Made by a program: the position numbers and the translations under genes. From Chiloscyllium plagiosum (lineage: Eukaryota), in assembly GCF_004010195.1 (NCBI RefSeq), contig NC_057753.1:15249456-15294384 (forward strand): 44,929 nucleotides of DNA. Reading direction: 5' to 3'. Below are positions 11,003 through 22,549 of the stretch, one piece after another (within the stretch, counting starts at the first letter, position 1; each line of letters begins with the position of its first letter). The notes below the pieces were generated by a model. The model worked only from the letters and a program-made list of their open reading frames with translations, was not told where the DNA came from and did no database searches.

Positions 11003-12699
11003 CTCAGTAACACTGTGTTAGATCACTGCCAAGCGTGGAGAATCTTGCAGCCCATGCTGGAAGTGACAGGATGTGCAGCTCACATCCATTTCCAGCTCCA
11101 TATCTCCATTATACCATGACAAAGGGGTGCTGTGGATGTGAACATCGCTGCCAGAGAGAGGTGGCGGGCAAATCAGTTTAAATATCACCACATGGGAGGG
11201 GTTTGTGAAATAGACAGAGAGGGGGAGACTGGGAGACAGTGTCATGGAAGAATGTGTCCCCACTCTTCAGAATGCTAAAATGAAAACATTTTGACATAAT
11301 CCTGCAACGTGAGCCAGTGTTTCCAGGAATGATGGGTGAACAGAATATCGGTGGGTGTTCAGATGATGGAGAGTATTGGATGTGTATTTGTTCTGCTTTG
11401 TATCTGGGAGTAGGGCCAGCAGAGTCTTTGACTCATTGAGCTGAATCTAACAATAATGTGTCTCATTGATATTTACCTTGAGTGTGACAGAGGGATCATC
11501 CGCACAAGGCTGAGCTAGTTTCCTGGTGCTATCGTATCGATCTCACCTCATGAACTACCCATCCCAGCCCATGGTGTCCCTCTCATTCAATACCAGTCTG
11601 GTTCTCCCACTCATCATGTCTGGAGGTACTCACCATTGCCCGGATGTCCCTGGATATTCTGTGATCCCTGGCACTGGTGCCATCTTTAATAGGCCAATGG
11701 GCACACGGTTGACCTTTCTCTGTTTGGAGCTGTCCTGCACAGTTTACCACGAGCATGGCAGATAAGGGGCAATTACACCACGGTTTGTCGACAGGTGGTC
11801 CTGGTGGAAAGGCTAGTACAGAGGGAAATCATTCTCTTCTCAAAGGGAGCCACACCAGCAGACCCACAGAGCATGGTCTGAGCTCTCCACCCAGCTCAGC
11901 GCAGTATCTGCTGTCTGAAGAAATGCCCAGCAATACAGGACAAACATCAATAACTTTCCCCCCTCTGTCAGGATAAGGGTCACTGTATACTCTCTGCTGT
12001 CTCACACTCACTGTATATCTGTTATAGCACTGACCCCCGAACAAGACTCATGTTCCAACACTGACACTGCCGCATGTAGTACCTTCATGTTTCTCTCTCT
12101 CCCCCCCCCTTCACTACACACCCCACACCAATAACACAGCATGGATACAACACTGTGGACTGACTCCCACTAAACCCCTCCTCTTGTCTCCCCACCTACA
12201 CCAGCACAAACAGCAGGGACACACCCAGTCCCACCCTCATTCCCTTCCCTCCCCTTCTCCCATTCCCGGAGAAACGGCCTGGAATAGGACAGAAAGGGCC
12301 AAGCCGGGTGGTGGAGTGCCCGATATCCGTTCCCTTAACCCCCCTCCCCCCGCCATGTGGGAAGGACCCTGGCAGGAGTCGGAGAGGACTGGGACACCTC
12401 GTATGGAGGTTCTGAAACATCCACGTCCCACCGACCAATTAAGGAGCAATGTTCAGTGAAGGTCAATTCTCAATTTTAACCCACTGGCAGTTCCGTTTCC
12501 CCCCAGCACAACTTAGAAGCCTTGGCCCTGATGCCATCTCCCTTTTGTGTCGAGCTGGTACAAATGGAATCCCCACGGTGGGCAGGAGCGTGAGCTCACT
12601 ACACATCGTCCTCACCACCTCCCAGGAAGGGAGCACTGTGACTACACCTCTTACACCTCCTACTGTAAACAGCTCAGATACTGAAACTAATCTGTGATA

Positions 12700-12956
12700 G
12701 TTACTGCTCTCCTCACTTGTCCTGACATCATCAACATTCTGTGCTCATATACACCCATGACCCTCTGCTCCTGCACCCCCTTTATAACTGTACCAGCTTG
12801 TTTTAAAATGTCTTTCATTTCTTTCCTACCAAAGTGCATCACCTCACACTGCTCTGCATTGATCCCCATCTGCCATACATCTGAACACTACACCAACGTG
12901 TCACTGTCCTGTTAGAGTTCCACACTGTCCTCCATAGACTTTACAATTCTTCCAGA
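12700..12956 (-). mobile_element. CR1 fragment inside the duplication (second copy about 17800-18115)
   Basis: INAEQCEVMHFGRK...VQEQRVMGVY motif. Confidence 0.75.
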
Positions 12957-13343
12957 NNNNNNNNNNNNNNNNNNNNNNNNNNNNNNNNNNNNNNNNNNNN
13001 NNNNNNNNNNNNNNNNNNNNNNNNNNNNNNNNNNNNNNNNNNNNNNNNNNNNNNNNNNNNNNNNNNNNNNNNNNNNNNNNNNNNNNNNNNNNNNNNNNNN
13101 NNNNNNNNNNNNNNNNNNNNNNNNNNNNNNNNNNNNNNNNNNNNNNNNNNNNNNNNNNNNNNNNNNNNNNNNNNNNNNNNNNNNNNNNNNNNNNNNNNNN
13201 NNNNNNNNNNNNNNNNNNNNNNNNNNNNNNNNNNNNNNNNNNNNNNNNNNNNNNNNNNNNNNNNNNNNNNNNNNNNNNNNNNNNNNNNNNNNNNNNNNNN
13301 NNNNNNNNNNNNNNNNNNNNNNNNNNNNNNNNNNNNNNNNNNN
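12957..13343. other. Assembly gap between the two duplicate copies
   Basis: Run of 387 N. Confidence 1.
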
Positions 13344-13632
13344 ACAGGAATGGGAACTAAAGGCATTGCCAGATCAGCTGAAATGGTTAGATACACCATA
13401 TTCTCAATCCACCTCACAGAACCAGCCCAGACACCATACACCCAGAGGATATATCCGTTCATCGTGGAACACGGTGCAGACCGGCCAATGTATTGCTCAG
13501 TATAACTCAGCAATCTGGCCAGTTTGGAACACTGCACAGACCATGTCAGAGCATTTATCTTTAAACCATCTGTCGAGTATGGGAAGCCGGGACAGAGACA
13601 AAAAAACCTGCTGGTGCTGGAATCCAAAGTAG

Positions 13633-13807
13633 ACAGGCAGGAGGCTGGAAAAACACAACAAGCCAGGCAGCATCAGGAGATGGAGACATCGACGTTTCGG
13701 GAGTAACGCTGCTTCAGGAGTCCTGAACAAGGTTGACACTGGAAATCTCAAATTCCACACCTCCTGATGCTGTCTGGCTTGCTGTGTTCCTTCAGCCTCC
13801 TACCTGT
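13633..13807. mobile_element. 175-bp Penelope-like palindrome, second copy
   Basis: Same inverted repeat, centre at 13720. Confidence 0.7.
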
Positions 13808-13889
13808 TCTGTGTGGAAAGCAGTGGAGACCACACCCATGCATTAATCGAAAAACACGGATTAGATATCTGTCCAGCACCGAGAGCTGT

Positions 13890-16242
13890 GCAGTGATCAC
13901 GAACTTGTAACCTGGAGCAGTTACCCTCCCGACATGTAGGACTGTGTGCACCACTCCAATGCATTGATGTATAGGCCAGGAGCATTTACCCTCCCAGCAT
14001 GTAGGACTGTGTAGCCCACCCCAGTGCATTAATCTGTAAACTAGGAGCAGTTATCCTCACAGCATGTAGGATTGTGTAGTCCATCCCAGTGCATTGATCT
14101 GTAAACCGGGACCAGTTACCCTCCCACTATGTAGGACAGTGTACCCCACACCAGTGTATTAATCTGTAAACGAGGAGCAGTTACCATCCCAGCATGTAGG
14201 ACTGTGTACACCACCCCATTGCATTGATCTGTAAACCAGGAGCAGTTACCCTCCAAGCATGTAGGACAGTGTACCCGACCCCAGTGCATTGATCTGTAAG
14301 CCAGGATCAGTTACCCTCCCAGCATATAGGACTGTGTACCCCACCGCAGGGCATCGATCTGTAAAGCAGGAGTTGTTACCCCCCCCCTCCCCCTCAGCAT
14401 GTAGGGCTGTCTACCTCACCACAGTGCATTGATCTGTAAACCAGGAGCAGTTACCCTCCCAGCTTGGAGGACTGTGTAAAGCACCCCAGTCCATTGATCT
14501 GTAAACCAGAAGCGGCTACCCTCCCAGCATGTAGGTCTGTGTACACCACCCACTGCATTGATCTGTAAACCAGAGCAGTTACCCGCCCAGCATGGAGGAC
14601 TGTGTAAAGCACCCCAGTGCATTGATGTGTAAACCAGAAACATTTACCCTTCCAGCATTTAGGTCTGTGTACACCCCGCCAATGCATTGATCTGTAACCC
14701 AGGAGCAGTTACCCTCCAAGCATGTAGGACTGTGTACAAACCCCCAGTGCATTGATCTGCAAACCAGAAGCAGTTAACCTCCGAGCATGTAGGACTGTGT
14801 CCACCACCCCAGTGCATTGATCTGTAAACGAGGCGCAGTTACCCTCCCAGCATGTAGGACTGTGTCCACCACCCCAGTGCATTGATCTGTAAACGAGGTG
14901 CAGTTACCCTCCAAGCATGTAGGACTGTGTCCACCACCCCAGTGCATTGATCTGTAAACGAGGCGCAGTTACCCTCCCAGCATGTAGGACTGTGTCCACC
15001 ACCCCAGTGCATTGATCTGTAAACGAGGCGCAGTTACCCTCCCAGCATGTAGGACTGTGTCCACCACCCCAGTGCATTGATCTGTAAACGAGGCGCAGTT
15101 ACCCTCCCAGCATGTAGGACTGTGTCCACCACCCCAGTGCATTGATCTGTAAACGAGGTGCAGTTACCCTCCAAGCATGTAGGACTGTGTCCACCACCCC
15201 AGTGCATTGATCTGTAAACGAGGCGCAGTTACCCTCCCAGCATGTAGTACTGTGTCCACCACCCCAGTGCATTGATCTGTAAACGAGGCGCAGTTACACT
15301 CCCAGCATGAAGGACTGTGGACACCACGCCAGTGCATTGATCTGGAAACCAGGCGCAGTTACCCTCCCAGCATGTAGTACTGTGTCCACCACCCCAGTGC
15401 ATTGATCTGTAAACGAGGCGCAGTTAGCCTCTCAGCATGTAGGACTGTGTACACCACCCACTGTATTGTTCTGTAAACAGGGGCAGTTACCCTCCCAGCA
15501 TGTAGGGCTGTGTGCATCCCCCCAGTGCATTGATCTGTAAACGAGGGGCAGTAACCATCCAAGCGTGTAGGACTGTGTACACCACCCACTGCATTGATCT
15601 GTAAACGAGGAGCAGCTACCCTCCCAGCGTGTAGGACTGTGCACACCACCCACTGCATTTATCTGTAAACCAGGGGCAGTTACCCTCCCAGCATGTAGGA
15701 CTGAGTACACCACTCCAGTGCGTTGATCTGTAACCCAGGAGCAATTACCCTCCCAGCTTGTAGGACAGTGTACACCACCCCAGTGTATTTATCTGTAAAC
15801 CCGGAGCAGTTACCCTCCCAGCATGTAGGACTGCGTACTCCACCCCAGTGGATTGATTTGTAAACCAGGATCAGTTACACTCCCAGCATGTAGGACTGCG
15901 TACACCACCCAGTGCATTGATCTGTAATGCACAAGCAGTTACCTTTCCAGCGTGTAGGACTGTGTACATCACCCCAGTGCATTGATCTGTAAACCAGGAG
16001 CAGTTACCCTCCCAGCGTGTACGACTGTGACACCACCCCAGTGCATTGATCTGTAAACCAGGAGCAGTCAACCTCCCAGCATATAGGACTGTGTACAACC
16101 CCCCAGTGCATTGATGTGTAAACCAGGAGCAGTTACCCTCCCAGCATGTAGGACTGTGTCCACCACCTCAGTGCATTGATCTGTAAACCAGGAGCAGTTA
16201 ACCTCCCAGCATATAGGACTGTGTACACCACCCCAGTGCATT
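13890..16242 (+). repeat. 65-bp tandem repeat array, about 36 units
   Basis: Exact 65-bp period visible, e.g. TCTGTAAACG at 14821, 14886, 14951. Confidence 0.97.
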
Positions 16243-18347
16243 TCTCAATAACACTGTGTTAGATCACTACCCAGCGTGGAGAATCTTGCAGCCCATGCTG
16301 GAAGTGACAGGATGTGCAGCTCACATCCATTTCCAGCTCCATATCTCCACTGTACCATGACAAAGTACTGCTGTGGATGTGAACATCGCTGCCAGAGAGA
16401 GGTGGCGGGCGAATCAGTTTAAATATCACCACATGGGAGGGGTTTGTGAAATAGACAGAGAGGGGGAGACTGGGAGACAGTGTCATGGAAGATTGTGTTA
16501 GCACTCTTCAGATTACTAAAATGAAAACATTTTGACATAATCCTGCAAGTGAGCCAGTGTTTCCAGGAATGATGGGTGAACAGAATATGGGTGGGTGTTC
16601 AGATGATAGAGAGTATTGGATGTGTATTTGTTCTGCTTTGTATCTGGGAGTAGGGCCAGCAGAGTATTTGAGTCATTGAGCTGAATCTAACAATAATGTG
16701 TCTCATTGACATTTACCTTGAGTGTGACAGAGGGATCATCCGCACAAGGCTGAGCTAGTTTCCTGGTGCTATCGTATCGATTTCACCTCATGAACTACCC
16801 ATCCCAGCCCATGGTGTCCCTCTCATTCAATACCAGCCCGGTTCTCCCACTCATCATGTCTGGAGGTACTCACCATTGCCTGGATCTCCCTGGATATTCT
16901 GTGATCCCTGGCACTGGTGCCATCTTTAATAGGCCAATGGGCACACGGTTGACCTTTCTCTGTTTGATGCTGCCCTGCACAGTTTACCCCGAGCATGGCA
17001 GATGAGGGGCAATTACACCACGGTTTGTCGACAGGGGCACGGTGGTCCTGGTGGAAAGGCTAGTACAGAGGGAAATCATTCTCTTCCCAGAGGGAGCCAC
17101 ACCAGCAGACCCACAGAGCATGGTCTGAGCTCCCCACCCAGCTCAGCGCAGTATCTGCGGTCTGAAGAAATGCCCAGCAATACAGGACAAACATCAATAA
17201 CTTTCCCCCCTCTGTCAGGATAAGGGTCACTGTATACCACAATACTGTGGACTGACTCCCACTAAACCCCTCCCCTTGTCCCCCCACCTACACCAGCACT
17301 AACAGCAGGGACACACCCAGTCCCACCCTCATTCCCTTCCCTCCCCTTCTCCCATTCACGGAGAAACGGCCTGGAATAGGACAGAAAGGGCCAAGCCGGG
17401 TGTTGGAGTGCCCGATGTCCGTTCCCTTAACCCCCTTCCCCCCGCCATGTGGGGCGGACCCTGGCAGGAGTCGGAGAGGACTGGGATACCTCGTATGGAG
17501 GTTCTAAAACATCCATGTCCCACCGACCTAGTAAGAAGCAATGTTCAGTGAAAGGCAATTCTCACTTTTAACCCACTGGCAGTTCCGTTTTCCCCCGGCA
17601 CAACTTAGAAGCCTTGGCCCTGATGCCATCTCCCTTTTGTGTCGAGCTGGTACAAATGGAATCCCCACGCTCTTGGTGGGCAGGAGCGTGAGCTCACAAC
17701 ACATCGTCATCACCACCTCCCAGGAAGGGAGCACTGTGACTACACCTCCTACACCTCCTACTGTAAACAGCTCAGATACTGAAACTAATCTTTGATAGTT
17801 ACTGCTCTCTTCACTTGTCCTGACATCATCAACATTCTGTGCTCATATACACCCATGACCCTCTGCTCCTGCGCCCCCTTTATAACTGTACAGCTTGTTT
17901 TAAAATGTCTTTCATTGTCTTTCCTACCACAGTCCATCACCTCACACTGCTCTGCATTGATCCCCATTCATTTCTTTCCTACCAAAGTGCATCACCTCAC
18001 ACTGCTCTGCATTGATCCCCATCTGCCATACATCTGAACACTACACCAACGTGTCACTGTCCTGTTAGAGTTCCACACTGTCCTCCATAGACTTTACAAT
18101 TCTTCCAGACATGGTGCCACCTACAAACATTGAGATAGTTATAGTTTCACAGTCGCCATGAAACAACTGAAATCCTGATAGTGGAATACTGATATTTTCC
18201 CCCGACGGAGTCGAATAATGACATGCTGTCAATGGAGTAACAAAATTCCTGATACACACCAGACGAAGTGAATGAAATATTGACAAACTATAGAGCAAGA
18301 GAAATCCGGATTGGTTCCAAGTATCTGTATTGATATCAGGGTATTAA

Positions 18348-19101
18348 TGTAATGAAGTTGAAATGTGTACTGTACTTTTAAGAGAGATGGAAAGCTGTTC
18401 TGAACTGAGAGCTTACAAGCGCCTGTGCATATGAGAGGATGGCAGACTCAGAGTGTCAAGGACAACTGAAACTATGTCACATTTGGCGGTGAAATAGATC
18501 CCTGAGATGGTAGCTGTTTGGACAACAATTCGAATTTTACCAATCAGTTTAAATTATGCCCCAGAGTATTAAAACCAAATCAAGTTTGAATTTATTTTCG
18601 ATAATCGAACCAATGAGATAATACAATGTCATGGATATTAAAAATGCAGGCATTTTGAATATTGCAGACAGAGCAACTGCTATCAACACAGATCCAAGAG
18701 ATTAGGAAACACTCCTCATCAAAGGTACCTTCTCATATGAAACATATCCACAGCAAACAGAAAGAAGATGGCCAGGGAGATATACAGCCGCAAGAAGACA
18801 TGCAAACAACAGCTGCTGTGAGATTTTGAAATTAAATGAGTACAATTTTATTAAGAGTCTTATTGAAAGAGTATACCGTTATAGAGTTGGAGTGGGGGAA
18901 TAAGCAGTTAAGAGAAAGGGGGTCTCAGAGTTCAGAATGCTTGATGTAAAATGTTCACATTCAGTGTTATTGATGTTATTATTTAAACAGTGGAATTTAG
19001 GATTTCTCTGTCACTCATATTTTAACAGTTTATAAGGTGAATTGAGTATTTCTTTATGTTTAGTTTAAATTACCAGATGAGCTCAATGCCGTGTCCTAAC
19101 A
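18348..19101 (+). mobile_element. Probable solo LTR
   Basis: TGTAATGA...TCCTAACA imperfect terminal inverted repeat, about 750 bp, non-coding; no clean TSD. Confidence 0.45.
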
Positions 19102-19175
19102 TTTCTTGTGTTCGAATCTGTATATCTCTATTTGGGGAAGGTCTGGCAGTCTCTGTGGTGCGTAAAGTGATGCAA

Positions 19176-19229
19176 TGTCACCCTCTGCTGGCCTCCATGC
19201 GCCATTGCACAGGCATCAGCAGAGGGTGA
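19176..19229. promoter_or_regulatory. Inverted pair of CTCF-like motifs
   Basis: GGCCAGCAGAGGGTGACA on minus (19193-19176) and CAGCAGAGGGTGA on plus (19217-19229). Confidence 0.45.
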
Positions 19230-19279
19230 AAACCATTCAGAGAAAAAGAGGAAGAGGGCAGCTGCTCACAGCACCATCC

Positions 19280-20120
19280 AAACTGATGTCTTATCCATTA
19301 CTGATCTAAATATCCTTCAAACATTGTAACTGTCCTTACTTTCACCACTTCCTCTAGAAGTTCATTCCACACACAAGCCAGATTCTGTCTAAAATAATTA
19401 CCTCTCATGACTTTTGTGAATCTTTTTCCTCGCACCTTAAAATATCCCTCGGTTTTGAATCCCCAACTTTAGGGAAAATACATCAGCCCTTTAGCTTATT
19501 TGTACCCCTCATGATTTTATAAACCTCTGTAAAGTTACACCTTAATCTCATATTCTCCAGTGAAAAGAGTCCCAGCCTATCCCAGCCTCTCCTTATAGCT
19601 CACTGCCTCCATTCCTAATAACATCCAAGGTAATGTCTGCTCAATCCTCTCCAGTTTAATAATATCAAGGTCAGTACTATCAAAGTGAATAGTCAAGGTA
19701 TATTCTAAGGGTAGGAGAAACCAAAACTAGACGGTACAGGTTTAAGCTGAGAGAGGAAAACTTTAAAAGCGACCTAAGGGAAGTTTTTACACCCAGAGGG
19801 TGGTGTGCTTATGGAATGAGCGGGCAGGATGACCAGACTGGACACAGTATTCACCAATATCCTGTACAACCTCAACATTGACGTCCAAATTTCGATACTC
19901 AAAGGTCTGACCAATGAAGACATGTGTGCTAAACCCCCTGCTAAACACTATCTATATGAGATGCAAATTTTAAATAATTATACCTGATGGCCTAGGTCTC
20001 TGTTCTACAACACTGCCTAAGGCCCTGCTTTTAATCGCATAGGTCCTGCTCTTGTTTAATTTACCAAATTCCATACCTCGAATTAATCCAAACTAAACTC
20101 CATCTGCCACCCCTCAGCCC
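19280..20120 (-). mobile_element. Decayed CR1 3' region with a plus-strand CR1 fragment inserted (about 19670-19825)
   Basis: CR1 C-terminal motifs (DIIKLERI, EYCVQS) on minus either side of a plus-strand RFKLREE segment. Confidence 0.75.
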
Positions 20121-21094
20121 AATGTGTGATATTATTGCGTTCTCACCCTCCCCCTTCAATTTAAATTAGCTCTCCAGGTGGCCTGCACACTACAGCCTTG
20201 ATTTTCACAAAGACCCTGAGCTTGATTTGCCTTGTGTGGTTAGGTGGAGGAGGGACAGATTGCAGAGACTGTCAATTGGGAGGATATGCTGGACAGTAAT
20301 CAGCGGCCTTGTATCATTTCATGGTTTCAGGAAGAGGGCAGTCACACGTGAGAGTTGGGTAATACTGATCGGTGTTTTGGGACCAGAAATTATGCTTTTT
20401 CTTCGTCTTGGTGTTCAGTGATAAAAATCTATTCGAGACCCTTCATTGGGCAGACTGTGACCACAGGAGTTCTTTCCTTAATATTGTAGATTGCAGATAA
20501 TAGCAATTAAAGACGTTCATAGTTAATTTCGATGGCGCAGCATGTGCAGTCAATGTCCTACAGTTGAGACAAATACCTTGCATTTGTTTAACAATACAAA
20601 GTGTTTTGTGTTGCTCAGTAGTGGTAACCTGATTATAGCAAATCCACACCGAGCTAATGATGCAAAGTCTGGGTATGGTAATGTAGTGGGTAGTGTCCCT
20701 GCCTCTGAGCCAGAACTCTGGATTTGATTTCAATTCCTGATCTTGTGTGGTACTGTTCGTAGCTCTGGACTAGTAGGACTGCATTAAGTCCTGCCTGTTG
20801 CAGAGGAATGTCACGGCGTGTCAGAACAGGCTGATGTACAAACACACAGGAGAATAATGTTACAGACTTCTGGGTATTGCTGAGTGATGCTAGTTTCCCT
20901 ACCTCCGGCCACAATGGTCTAGGTGTCAAGCCCACAGAAGTGTCTCATGATACATCTGAACCAACTGATTAAAACGGATTTATAATTGTGACTTGATAGA
21001 TAAGGAAGAGGTGTCAGTATTAAATTTCAGAATTTAGGCCCGGAATGAATGATAGTACATCTAATCGTGTTGATTGGAGTCACATTTCGCAGCA

Positions 21095-21320
21095 GTACGG
21101 GTTTATAAAATCAGAATGGTCATGGATAGGTTGAGTAGTCAGTGTTTTCCCCAGGTTAGGGGAGTTCAAAACCAGAGGGCCATTGGTTGAACGTGAGAAG
21201 GGAAAGATTTTCAAGAGGCCTAAAGGGCACCATTTCACACAGAGGGTGGTGTGTGCATGGAATGAGCTGCCAGAGGAAGTGGTGGAGTCAGGTACAACTA
21301 CAGCATGCAAAAGGCATGCT
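21095..21320 (+). mobile_element. CR1 3' fragment
   Basis: VFPRLGEFKTRGH...FTQRVVCAWNELPEEVV. Confidence 0.8.
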
Positions 21321-21744
21321 GGGGACTGACAGGCCTGCCGAGCTATTCCAGCAATTTCTGTATTTGTTAAAAAATGCATTCATTTTAACACAGATATTCT
21401 GAGTACATTAAACTTTTTATTGGGCCGTGTAAACATGTTTCAAATCGACCAAGACCATTTTCTGCTAAGGGTATAGCTCTGTGTATGACAACGGCAAAGA
21501 TGCACCTAAATGGAACAGGGAATGTGATGGAGACATAGTTTGGACAATGTACAAGGAGAACTCACATGGTCCAGTTTGGGAGAGGATGACATTACTGTGT
21601 GATTCAACTCAGAGATGGAGATAATGTAATCTGCCCGAGAAGGAATGGCCTATTGCACTCTCTCTCCTTCATTCTTCCTTCACGGCAATGTGTGCGAGCT
21701 AAAAAAAAAACAACCTATAGTCATTGTTACCATTCTTATTTTTC

Positions 21745-22055
21745 TAGAATCCCTGCAGTGTTCAAACAGGCCCTTCAGTCCAACAAGTCCATACCAACCT
21801 TCCCAACTCACCCCCCTATATTTACCCCTGAATAATGCACCTACCTAGAAATCCCTATACACTAGACAATTTAGCATGACCTATCCACCGAACCTACACA
21901 GTTTGAGCTGTGATAGAAAACTGGACCACCCATTAGAAGCTCACACAGACATGGGGAGAATGTACAAACTCTACACAGATAGTCACCTAAGGCTGGAATC
22001 GAATCCAAGTCCCCGGTACTATAAGGCAGCAATGCTAATCACCGTGCTACCCTTT
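21745..22055 (-). mobile_element. Old HE1-type SINE
   Basis: Colinear with 30460-30774 but diverged. Confidence 0.8.
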
Positions 22056-22549
22056 GGGTAATTCCTGACCTGAATTCACTGGAATCTCATCACTGCCTAA
22101 AGCAAAGGGAATTAAGCCAAATCCACTGTCCTAGGATGAAATCCCATTGCTGGCAGCTTGTGTGAGTAGAATATCTTCAGAATCAGAATAACATTTTGGA
22201 CAATCTTAATTTTTACTTTTATCATGAATTACACTATATTTGGACAAGGTTCTTTCGAATTAAAATTGCAGAGATTTTGTTAACCGGTTTGTGTGTGTGT
22301 GTCTCAGTGTTTTAAACAGGGAAATATCGACTATATATTTGCAATACCCAAACACATTTCCATTCATCTTTCCATCATAGCTTGAGTAACATTGCTCTGG
22401 ATCATAAACGTGTTAAAGAAAAGGGACTGACTTGTTGCTAAAACTGACCCTGACCCAGTCTGAGACTGATATCATTGGCCATATCACCAACCTGGTTGCA
22501 TTTAACATTTGTTCTGAGCAGTGGAGGAGTGGGACGAGAAAGGAAACAG

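Larger units (their letters stand above)
9718..12956. repeat. Segmental duplication, copy 1
   Basis: Colinear with 13344-18109 (offset about 3626 at the left end). Confidence 0.95.
13344..18109. repeat. Segmental duplication, copy 2
   Basis: Starts ACAGGAATGGGAAC (=9718) and matches copy 1 through TTCTTCCAGA (=12956). Confidence 0.95.

Noticed and set aside
11011..11017. RSS heptamer CACTGTG suggesting an Ig/TCR segment
   Set aside because: No nonamer at 12 or 23 spacing and no V, J or C domain motifs nearby
14416..16098. Repetitive minus-strand ORFs (LHAGRVTAPGLQINA)
   Set aside because: The 65-bp period shifts frame every unit and stops recur; an artefact of the array
13890..16242. CRISPR-like array
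   Set aside because: Units are contiguous tandem repeats with no unique spacers; eukaryotic context with no cas genes
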